The position numbers and the translations under genes were made by a program. The notes beneath the pieces are model-generated. The model saw only the letters and a program-made list of their open reading frames with translations. It searched no databases and had not been told where the DNA came from. A stretch of DNA of 64,000 nucleotides from Chiloscyllium plagiosum. Taxonomy: Eukaryota. The first letter of the stretch is position 1. Every line of letters starts with the position of its first letter. The stretch lies in contig NC_057713.1 of the NCBI RefSeq assembly GCF_004010195.1, positions 2,101,614 through 2,165,613 of the forward strand, given 5' to 3'. Shown piece by piece: positions 53,589 to 64,000 of this stretch.

Positions 53589-53842
53589 TATTATCTAGAA
53601 ATGAAAATGTGTTGCTGGAAAAGCGCAGCAGGTCAGGCAGCATCCAGGGAACAGGAGAATCGACGTTTCGGGCACAAGCCCTTCTTCAGGAATTCCTGAA
53701 GAAGGGCTTGTGCCCGAAACGTCGATTCTCCTGTTCCCTGGATGCTGCCTGACCTGCTGCGCTTTTCCAGCAACACATTTTCAGCTCTGATCTCCAGCAT
53801 CTGCAGACCTCACTTTCTCCTCAAAGATATTATCTAGAAATG
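53589..53842. mobile_element. Young family-1 element: perfect 182-bp palindrome with a 15-bp target-site duplication
   Basis: 53602-53783 is a perfect inverted repeat centred on GAATTC; TSD tattatctagaaatg at 53589-53603 and 53828-53842. Confidence 0.9.
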
Positions 53843-54744
53843 CCTTGTCAGCCATACACTTAGGCTATGAAAAAGTAAATTTTAATAACTCTAGGAGGTT
53901 AATGAAGATATAAGGGCAATCTGGAGCATTGAACAAATGGTCTTGGAACAGGAGTTTAAAATCTCATTCTAGAAGTGGGGTATGTTAAAACAAATTTGGA
54001 ATAACCATTTACTTAAAAAGTTAAGTATCTTTTGAACTGCTCTAGCAAGCTATTCAGTGGTTTTATAAGATTTGACAAACCACTTGATACTGACTCCATA
54101 AAGACACACAGTATAGGCAACCTTGTTGCATTCCCTTAGTTTGTAGCTGGGGATGTCAGGAGAGACAGTGGGACAAGCTACAGCTTGAAACTAACAACAG
54201 AAATTATCAACGAATCTTAGCAGCGTCTGCGGAGGGAGAGAGAGAGAAACCGAATCATGGCTTCAATTCCTGTGAACGTTTTTCAGAAATGAATAAATTT
54301 CACAAGTCAGTCTCTCTCTCTCTCCCTTTCTCTCTCTCTCTCAGACCACCTGAGTTTCTCCAGCCATTACTTTTTTTGTTTCAGGTTTCCAGCAGCTGCA
54401 GTTCATTGTTCTAACTTACTACCTGACATAGTTGTGCCTGACAGACAATTTCCCAGGATCCTTCAGTATTGCCCTTGGTTGGTCCTGTCTCAATGTCACC
54501 TCTATTCAGTAGTACAATAATACACAGGAGAAACTGATCCTGACAGTCAACTCCAGCCTCCATGATGTCTCTTGGCACAGATTAAATGTGGGTGAGGAAA
54601 CCTCCCAATAATTACTTCCTGCTCCCTTCATCCTACTGATGAACCTTCCTTGAGCATCACAAAGGCTGGCACAAAGAGAATGTGTGTAGTCTGGAGAGGG
54701 GAATTCAGTCACTATCACCATATGTCTGTTACACACTATTAACC

Positions 54745-54983
54745 CCTGACTAATACACCTAACCTACACATTCCTGAATACTATGGACAATTTAGCATAG
54801 CCAATTCACCTAACCTGCACGTATTTTGGATTATGGGAGGAAACTGGAGCACCCGGAGGGAACCCACACAGACATGGGGAGAATGTGCAAACTCCACACA
54901 GACAGTTGCCCAAAGCTGGAATCAAACCCAGGACCCTGGTGCTGTGAGGCAGCAGTGCTAACCGCTGAGCCACTATGCCACCC
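54745..54983 (-). mobile_element. HE1/V-SINE
   Basis: Minus-strand V-domain and head. Confidence 0.8.
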
Positions 54984-55710
54984 CAGAACTGTTAGACTGG
55001 TTGTTCCATCACCTGTACAGACCCAATGTAACAGAGGAAGAAAAAAACCTACTTGGCCTCATCCTCAGCAGACTACCTGAGAAAGATGCATTTGTTCATG
55101 ACCGTATTAGTAGGAGTGACCACCATACAGCTGTTGTGGAGACTATTGCAAGATTACAGAGAGGACATCCTTTGATCAATAATTTGCCCTCCACTTCATA
55201 AGCTTCAATTTTAGTTAACTGCCTATGATCAGGGTCTTCATCAAATGACTTCTTGAACTCTCAGCGTTCCTATCATTGATGGTCAGCTGGTCAATACAAA
55301 AGCAAAGTGAGAAATGCTAAATGAATTATCAGTCTCAGACCCTTACTGAAATCCCCACCTCCATGTTATCCTGTTGTCATCTTTTTCTCTCATTTCATAT
55401 GAAGTCACAACTAGAGTTGGTCACCTCTGTATTCATCTCCTCCTGTCATTCCCTTTCCAACCCCTCAATATACTAGTCTCTTATCACCTCACTTTTCCAT
55501 TGGGTCTTCAGCTGTTGTCTTCCCCTTCTTCCTGACAGTTCCACCTCAAACATTCATACACACACACCCTTTTCCTCTTTCTCATCTCAATAGATGACCA
55601 GATCAATCCAATCTCTTCTACTTTCTTTGTCCACACAATTCTCACCGATCCTCTGCTGGTTCATTATTTTAAGTGTTGCTGTACTCCACACGAAGTAAGA
55701 GCAGAAGTAA

Positions 55711-56012
55711 GTGGCACAGTGGCTCACTGGTTAGCAGTGCCGCCTCACAGCGCCAGAGACCCGGGTTCAATTCCCGCCTCAGGCGACTGTCTGTGTGGAG
55801 TTTGCACGTTCTCCCCGTGTCTGCGTGGGTTTCCTCCGGGTGCTCCGGTTTCCTCCCACAGTCCAAAGATGTGCAGGTCAGGTGAATTGGCCATGCTAAA
55901 TTGCCCGTAGTATTAGGTAAGGCGTAAACGTAGGGGTATGGGTGGGTTGCGCTTCGGCGGGTCGGTGTGGACTTGTTGGGCCGAAGGGCCTGTTTCCACA
56001 CTGTAATGTAAT
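55711..56012 (+). mobile_element. HE1/V-SINE, young and near full length
   Basis: A and B boxes (gggttcaattccc), intact CpG-rich V-domain and CR1-like tail. Confidence 0.9.
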
Positions 56013-58720
56013 CTGTAAATCTGTAAGCCATTTGATTCCTCAAGCCTACCCTGCCTTTCAATAAGATCATGGCTGATCTGTTTGTGTTTGAATTCCACAT
56101 TCTCATCTACTACAGTAACCCCCAATTGCCTTACCTTCACTTTAAAGATATTAAATGATCCAACCTCCATCGTCTTCTGATGCAGAGAGTTCCAAAGTTG
56201 CACAATCCACTGAGAGAAAGTATTTCTCATCTTTGTCTGGAAAGAGTGACCCTTAATTTTAAACAGTGCTATGAGTTCTGAACTGACTCACAAGAAGAAA
56301 AGTCCTTTCCACTTCCATCTTATCAAAGACCATTCAGGATCTTATACACTTCAATCAAATCATCCCTTGCATTTATAAACTACAATGAAAATAAGCCCAG
56401 TCTCATTCGACCTATCCTCAAAAGACAACCTAATAATCCCAGATACTAATCTAGAAAATCTCCATTGAACTGTGTCTAATGCACTTACATTCTTCCTTAA
56501 ATGCAGAGACCAAAATGGCGCACATCCATCTCAGCACCCACTTCTAATTAGTATCTTGTTGTTCTTCTTGATATTACCCAGCTTTCTGGATGATAATAAC
56601 AAGATTGTTCCAACAATTGACTTTGATTTCTTCTTTTGAGTTTCAGCGAAAGATCTCTTTGCATAGACCAATGTTCAGTCAGTCAATTCAATCCATGTTA
56701 TGAGGTATCAAGAAATGGCTGAAGGCATTGGATACAGCTATGTTTATGCATCTATTAACATTCTAGATGAAAATGTGTTCAAGAGCTAGCTCCATCTCAT
56801 CTTAGCTTTTCCAGTACAGTTCCAACATCGGTAGCTACTCAATAATGTAAAAAAATTGTCCAAATTCTTTCCTCAAACAGCAAGAAAATCCAGTCCAGTC
56901 AATTATCTCCCCATCCTGAATCAGCAAAGGAAAGTGTCATTGACAGGCTACTAAGCTGCATTTGCTTATCACTAAACTGCCCACTGGTGCTCTCTTTGGG
57001 TTGTCAAGGAAATTTGAGTCAGGCAGTTCAGGAGAGATATTATGAAGCACTTCTGCACACATAGGATTGTAAAGATTTTGAACTCTCTTCCACAAATTAT
57101 GGTTGATATTAGGTAAGTTGTTAGTTTTAAACCTGAGATAATTCTTTTTTAAGCAAAAGTATTAAGGGATATAGGCCAAAGAAAAGTATATGAAGTTAGG
57201 CCAAAGATCAACCATGACCTCATTGAATGTTGGAATAGGTTTGAGGGGCTGAATGGTCTACCTCCATTCCCATGCTGTTACCTCCTCAAAGAATTCTAGT
57301 CAATTTCTCAGAAATGACTTTTACTTCATGAAGTCACTCTGACTGCTTAATCATATAATGCATTTCTAAATGTTCTGTTACTATATCGTTTAACATTAAT
57401 TCTAACATGTTCCCAATAACAGACATTGGGATTACTGGCCGATGAGTGACCTCTTTTTTTGACCCCTTCCTGTTTTAAGTAAAGTTGTTACATTGGCTGT
57501 TGCTCTGGGTAATATGAACTGGACAGATTGGAAGAGATAAAAAGAGAGTGATATAGTTTAGAGTGATCAACAATGGAAGCTAACACTGTATTTTGTGATG
57601 ATGTGATGGGGAAACAGCACAAAACTGAGAAACAGCAGGGAGCTAAGTATAGATATGTGGGGACAGGCAATGGAGGAGAATAGGAACATGGGAGCAGAGT
57701 AGGCCATTTGGTCCCAGAAAGCTGCTCTGTCATTTGAAACCATGGATGATCATCTACCTGAATGGCATTTCCTCACACTGTGTTCAACTATATAAACTAT
57801 AGGAACTGGTCAACAAGCACAAGGAGGAATAGTTTACTCTGGTCACAGTTATAAAGCATGTCACAAAGCCATGGACTCACTGTGACACAGAAAAGGGCAT
57901 TTGCCCCAAGGAGTCTATGCTGCCTCTCTATACAGCAATCCAATTCGGCCCAATCGCCAGCTCCATTCCTGTTGTTCTCTCAAGTGCCCATCCCATTTCC
58001 TTTTGAAATCATTAATTGGCATCACTCCATCACCCTTGTGGGCGTTGGTTTTTAAGTTGTTACCACTCGCTGAGATGAAATGTTCTTCCTCACATTCCCC
58101 TCAACATCTCCAGCCTATAACCGCAAATGTGTGTCCCCTAGTCCATCGATCATCAACTAATGGAAATGGCTTTCCTTTGTCCATCTTATCTCAAACCGCT
58201 ATAATTTTGTTCATTCTCTCCTTGATCCCCTTTCTTCAAAGAGAACAACCCCAGTTTCTCCAAACAAATCTTGTAACTAAAATCCCTCATCCCTGAAACA
58301 ATTATGGTAAATCACTTCTGTACCCTCTCAATGTAAGGTGAAGAATCTTGGTGGTGGTTTTTAGGTAGTCATCATGGATGGGAGGATTCCATAATATCGC
58401 TTCACCTGGCGCCATGTAATTTGAGGAGACCAGGAGGCAACAAGATTTCCATGGTGGCTTCCATTTGACTTAGTCACAGAACTCAGAGGCTCACCACCAC
58501 ATTTCCCTCTGTCTTCATGCCAGTCTTACCAACCACAACCAGACTCTCCCCCTCCCCACCCCCAACCTTCTGGGATTTCTATTACTAGGAATGTCTGTGG
58601 ATAGATATGACTTTGAATATAAATACAACAATAGCATCAACATCAAACTTGATGTATATTGTGCCGTTGACATAGTAAGGTTTTGCAAGATGCATCATCA
58701 GAAAAAAAATAGCAACAAGG

Positions 58721-58929
58721 CATTAGGAGAAGTGAGCTGAAAATGTGTTGCTGGAAAAGCGCAGCAGGTCAGGCAGCATCCATGGAACTGGAGAATCGAC
58801 GTTTCGGGCATGAGCCCTTCTCCTGCTCCTTTGATGCTGCCTGACCTGCTGCGCTTTTCCAGCAACACATTTTCAGCTCTGATCTCTAGCATCTGCAGAC
58901 CTCACTTTCTCCTCCATTAGGAGAAGTGA
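58721..58929. mobile_element. Family-1 inverted-arm element with a 15-bp TSD
   Basis: TSD cattaggagaagtga at 58721-58735 and 58915-58929. Confidence 0.85.
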
Positions 58930-59929
58930 CTCAAAGTTTGGTCCAAGAGTTAGGTTTCAAGAAGCACCTTAAATATTTATTAGGGAGAGAATTCCAGACC
59001 TTGCATCCCAAACTCTGAAACCATGGTTACTAATGGTAAATTGATGAAAATTGTGACAGTTTAAGAGACCAGAATTAAGGAAGTATGGAGATGTCAGTCA
59101 GCTGTGGGTCTAGAGGAGATTACAGAGAAAGGGAACACAGGGGTTAGAATACATTACATGGATAGGAATGATTTTGTCGTAATTTGATCAAGGGATGTGA
59201 CCCTCATTGGCTAGACCAGCATTTGTTGCCATCTCCAACTCGAACAGAGTGGCTTGCTAGGTCATTTCAGAGGGCAGTTAAGATTCAACCACATTGCTGT
59301 GGGTCTGGAGTTACACATGGCCAGACCAGGTAAGGATGGCAGATTTCCTTAAAGGGCATTTATGAACCAGATGGGTTTTCACAAAATTAAATAATGGCTT
59401 TGTGGTTCGCATTAGGCTAGTTTTTAGTTTCAGTTTTGTTTTAATTGAGTTCAAATTTCAACATCTGCTAAGGGTGCAATTTAAACCCATATACCCAGAT
59501 CATTACCCTGGAGTTCTGGTACATTGCTACTACACAACAGCCTCCCATAATGAAGAAGGACTGAATGAGCTTGCAGAGTTAGGATGGTTGAGGGGACTGG
59601 AGGTAGTCAAGAGATAGGGAGGGATGCAAGGATATGGGGAGATTGTGGAGATAAGAGTATAGTTGTAAGAATTGGAGGAGATAAGAGAGATTGGGACCAT
59701 CTTTATATGCTCCTCATATGACAAGCCCTTCATTCCCAAGATCATTCTTGTGAACCTCATCTGGACCCTCTCAAAGCCAGCACATCCTTCCTTAGATACA
59801 CGGCCCAAGTTTCTCACAATGTTCCGCACAGACAACTTATTTGGAATATTGCAAGCAGTTTTGGGCCCCGTATCAAACAAAGGGTGTTTTAGCCTAGGAG
59901 GGGGTCCAGACAAGGTTTACAGAGACAGC

Positions 59930-60226
59930 TTGGCTGCCTCACAGTACCAGGGATCTGAGCAACTGTCTGTGTGAAGGTTTTACATTCTCCCCGTGTCTGC
60001 GTGGGCTTCCTCCAGTTGGTCCTGTTACCTCCCACAGTCCAAAGATGTGCAGGTTAGGAGGATTGGTTATGCTAAATTGCCCATCATGTATAGGCTTAGT
60101 GGGTTAACCATGGGAAATAGAGTTACAGGGTTAGAGAAGGGGGGTGGGTCTGGGTGGGATATTCTTCGGAGGGCTGGTGTGGACTCGATGGGCCGAATGG
60201 CCTGCTTCTACACTGTATGGATTCTA
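59930..60226 (+). mobile_element. HE1/V-SINE, degraded
   Basis: V-domain and attctatg tail. Confidence 0.75.
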
Positions 60227-60799
60227 TGATGATTCCAAGATTCGTATGAGGATTTTTGGTCTGTACACAATGTTTAGAACAATGAAATTTACAGAACACT
60301 GGCAGGCCTGGATAGAGTGGGCATGGAGAAGATGGTTTCACTGACAAGGGAGACTAGTACCTCAAATTGAAAGGACGACCCTTTAGAATTGAGATGAGGA
60401 ATCTGTGGAACCCATTGCTGGAGAGGCTGTGGCGGCTAAATCATTGTATTTGAGACAGAGATAGATAGGATCTTGGTTAGTAAGGGGATCAAGGGTTACG
60501 GGGAGAAGGCAGGAGAATGCAGTTGAAGAATGTATCAGCTACGATTAAATAGCAGAGCAGACTCTTTGGGTTTAATGGCCTGCTCATGTATGTTTTGATC
60601 TTAAAGAGTTAGGGGTGGATATAGAGGCTGGTGGAGTTGCATAGATAAGGGAATGATGTAGGAGCTGGAGGAGATTTTAGAGGCAGGTAGCACTGTAGGA
60701 GTTTGGAGGAGTTTACATAGATATGGATGGTTGAAGGAGCTGAATGTGGAGTGGGAATTATGTGGAGTTGGAGGAACATGAAGAGATAAGGAAGGCTGT

Positions 60800-63780
60800 A
60801 GTAACCAAAGTTCTGCACAGCTCCAACATGATCTCCCTGCTCATATAATCCATTTCTGATAAAGGCAAGTGTCCCGTATGCCTTCTTAATTACCCTATTA
60901 ATCTGTTGTGCAACACTTACCCCAAGATCCCACAATTCCTCGGAGCTTCCTAATGTCTTGCCATTCATTGAGTACTTCATTGTCTAGTTCCTTCTGTGTC
61001 CCTTCTCATTTATCAGAGTTAAATTCCATCTGCCATTGATCTGCCCATCTGATCAATCCATTTATATCCTCCTGTAACTTAACACCTTCCTCCTCACTAT
61101 CAACAACCCAGCCAATCTTTGTGTCATCCTCAAACTTATTATCCTCCCCACATTGTCATCTATAATCATTTATGAATACCACAAACAATAAGAGATCCAG
61201 CACTGATCCCTGTCATACATCACCACACACTATGCACCAGTCACACAGACAGCCTTCTGTCACCACCCTCTGTCTCCTGACATTCGGCCAATTTTGCATC
61301 CAACTTGCCAAGTTACCCTGGATCCCATTAGCTTTTAGTGTTGAGAGTGTGGTGCTGGAAAAGCACAGCCTGTCAGGCAGCATCCGAGGAACAGGAGAAT
61401 TGACATTACGGGCATAAACCCTTCATCAGGAATAAGCACTTTATTCTTGATGAAGGCCTTATGCCAGAAATGTTGAGTCTCCTGCTCCTCGGATGCTGCC
61501 TGACCTGCTGCACTTTTCCAACACCACACTCTTGACTCTGATCCCAGCATCTGCAGTCCTCACTTTCTACTCCCATGAGCTTTTACCTTCTTTATCAATT
61601 TCCTATGTGGGGCCTTGTCAAAGGCCTTGCTTAAACCCATATACACCATAGCAACTGCCCTACCCTCATCCAAACACTTGGTCACCTCTTTGAAAACTTC
61701 CACCAGATTTGTGAGGCGTGGTCTCTCTCTGACAAAGCTGTGCTGACTATTGGTGATCAAACTTTGCCTCTCTAAATGGAGATTAACTTTCTCCTTTGGT
61801 GTTTTCTCCAATAGTTCCCCCACCACTGAGGTGAGTCTGACTTATCTATAGTTCTCTGGTCTATCTTTACCACCCTTCTTGTAAAGTGTAACCACTTTAA
61901 CTGTCCTCCAGTCCTCTGGCACCTCTTCTGTGGCCAGAGATGATTTCAAACTTTGTTTAACTTCCTCCCTCATCTCCCACAGCACTCTGGGATACAGCTC
62001 ATCCAGACTTGGGGATTTATCCCCTTTTAAATCCACCAAAGCCTCCAATACCACTTTGCTTCTTCTATCAATCTGCTCAAAAACTTCACAGTCCATCTTC
62101 TTGAATTCTGTACTTACACCCTCCGTGTCCTGATTAAAGACAGATGTGAAATACTCATTTAACTCTCTACCAATGCCCTTCAGCCTCAAGTATAGATTGC
62201 CTCCTTGGTTCTGATTAGACACTTCTCTTTTCCTGGTTATTCTCTTCCCCTTAATATACTTGTAGAATATTTTGGGAGTCTCCCTAAACTTGTCCGTCAG
62301 TGTTATTTCAAGCCTCTCTTTGCTCTCCCATTTGCTTTTTGAGTCCCTCCCGCATTTCCCATACTCCTCCTGGGCCTCAATTGTTCTGCTCCCATTGTAC
62401 CTATTTCCAGCTCTCTTTTCCTTTCTGTCCAGTCCTCAGTATCCAAGCTTCTCTGGGCTGATTGCTTCTGCATTTCACCCGAAAGGGAACATGTTGGGCC
62501 AGTACTCCCCCCAGACCTTTTTAATGCCTCCAACTGTTTTGCTGTAGGTTTACCCTCAAATGGCTATTCCCACTTGTTCTGGCCAGATACTGCCTTAATT
62601 TAATTAAATCTGCCTTACTCCAATCCAAAACTCTCTTTTGCAGATCCCCTTTCTCCTTCTCCATTACAAATCTAAAAGAATACAATATGGGGTTTCTCTA
62701 TCACTAACATGCTCCCCACTGTCACCTCAAACATCTGTCTGGCTTCATCCCTAGAATGAGCTCCAACGCCATACTGTCCCTTGTTGGACCTTCTACATGT
62801 TAAGATAAAAAGCTCACCTGAGTACATTACAAGGATTCTGCCCCCTCTAACCTCTTTATACTCTGGTTATCCCAATTATCAGGAAGTTAAAATTCCCTAA
62901 TATTTCCCTATTATTATTTTTATATGCCTTAGTGAAGTGTCTACATACCTGTTCCTCAATTGCCCACTGAGTGTTTGGGGACCTATAGTATATTCCTAAC
63001 AGTGTGGCTGCTCCCTTCTTATTCCTAAACTCTACCAACAGAGCCTTACTTGATGACCCTTCCAACGTATTGTCTGACCTTATTGCAGTAACTAACTCCC
63101 TAACTAATAACGTAACACCACCTCCACCTTTACACTCTCCCCTGTCCAACCTGGAGGTCCTTCATCCCAGAATATTAAGTTGTCAGTCTTGTCCCTCCCT
63201 CAACCACGTCTCTCCAATGACAACATTGCAGTCCTACGTGTCAGTCCATCATCTTACCTCTAATATTCCTGGCATTAAAGTAGAGGCCATCCAGACTTGC
63301 CTTTGAGGCACCACATGGCTGAACTTGTCTCCTTTTCTAAGTTATGCTGTGTCACATTAAACTAATGCACTGTGGCTCCTGCCCCTGCTAAAACTAGTTT
63401 AAAATGCTCCCAACAGCACTAGTAAACATTTCCACAAAGATGTTGATTCCATTCTGGTTCATGTTCAGACCGTCTCATTTGTCGCAGTCCTACATTTTCC
63501 AGAAACAGTCCCAGGAATCTTAAACACTCCCTGTTGCACCAACTCTTGACGCATGCATCCATCTGCTTTACTCCCTTATTTCTTTACTGGAAGTAATCTT
63601 AACATTACAACCTTCAAGGTCCTGTTTCTTACTCTACTGCCTATCTTCCTGAACACTTCATGCAAAACCTCATCCCTTGTTCTACCTATATTGTTGGTAC
63701 AATGTTTTCCTTATCACCCTTTTTCTTCAGGATGCCCTGCAGCTTCTCAGTGACATCCCCAATCCTGGCACCAGATAGTC
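60800..63780 (-). mobile_element. Degraded CR1 LINE with a family-1 palindrome inserted at about 61337-61570
   Basis: IYYRSPN, KSPSLDELYPRVL, ENYR and VYMGLSKAFDKAPH motifs in broken frames. Confidence 0.82.
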
Positions 63781-63896
63781 CTCCCAAAGCAAAACATAAA
63801 ATTACTTACTTGTCTAATCATTTATGGATCAGTGGATAAATCTGGGGATTGAATGACCTAATACTTCAACAAAAAAGACAATTAAATTTTGAGGAG

Positions 63897-64000
63897 CTGG
63901 TATTGGACTGGGGTGTACAAAGTTAAAAATCACACAACACCAGGTTATAGTCCAGCAGGTTTATCAGGAAGCACTAGCTTTCAGAGCGCTGCTTCTTCAT
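63897..64000. mobile_element. Family-2 Penelope-derived terminus, truncated by the window end
   Basis: ggactggggtgtacaaagttaaaaatcacacaacaccaggttatagtcc, matching 6720 and 10813. Confidence 0.8.

Noticed and set aside
55711-55785. tRNA genes
   Set aside because: The A and B boxes belong to tRNA-derived HE1 SINE heads that continue into a V-domain and a LINE-like tail.

Overview
Vertebrate genomic DNA, very probably a shark (elasmobranch), inferred from HE1/V-SINE copies, CR1 LINEs with an esterase-type ORF1 and Penelope-derived repeats. The window holds a tandem cluster of three same-strand (+) actin genes of 376 aa: A 10468-14949, B 31188-36924 and C 42770-51971. Each has a non-coding first exon, a 42-codon exon and one uninterrupted 1005-nt exon. 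The proteins are not canonical vertebrate alpha/beta/gamma actins: they start MAEDEV or MADDDV and carry DYMMK, KLAYxALDF, xxEMQTA, SSALEK and TTMFPG, residues I recall from amoebozoan and basal-metazoan actins. The coding exons are homogenised (about 15 nt differences per 1005, counted by eye), but the amino-acid differences cluster in subdomain 4 and the hydrophobic plug. The middle gene looks like an anti-Lepore-type chimera, with a 5' side like gene C and a 3'UTR like gene A. Genes B and C share a near-identical promoter that sits against a 33-bp minisatellite. The rest is dense, nested retroelement DNA: CR1 (one copy with a twin-priming-like 5' inversion), Rex1/Babar, HE1 SINEs and many palindromic Penelope-derived elements carrying minimal hammerhead-ribozyme cores. 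There are two N gaps (4796-5239 and 30358-30421). Repeat boundaries are approximate and no database searches were run.
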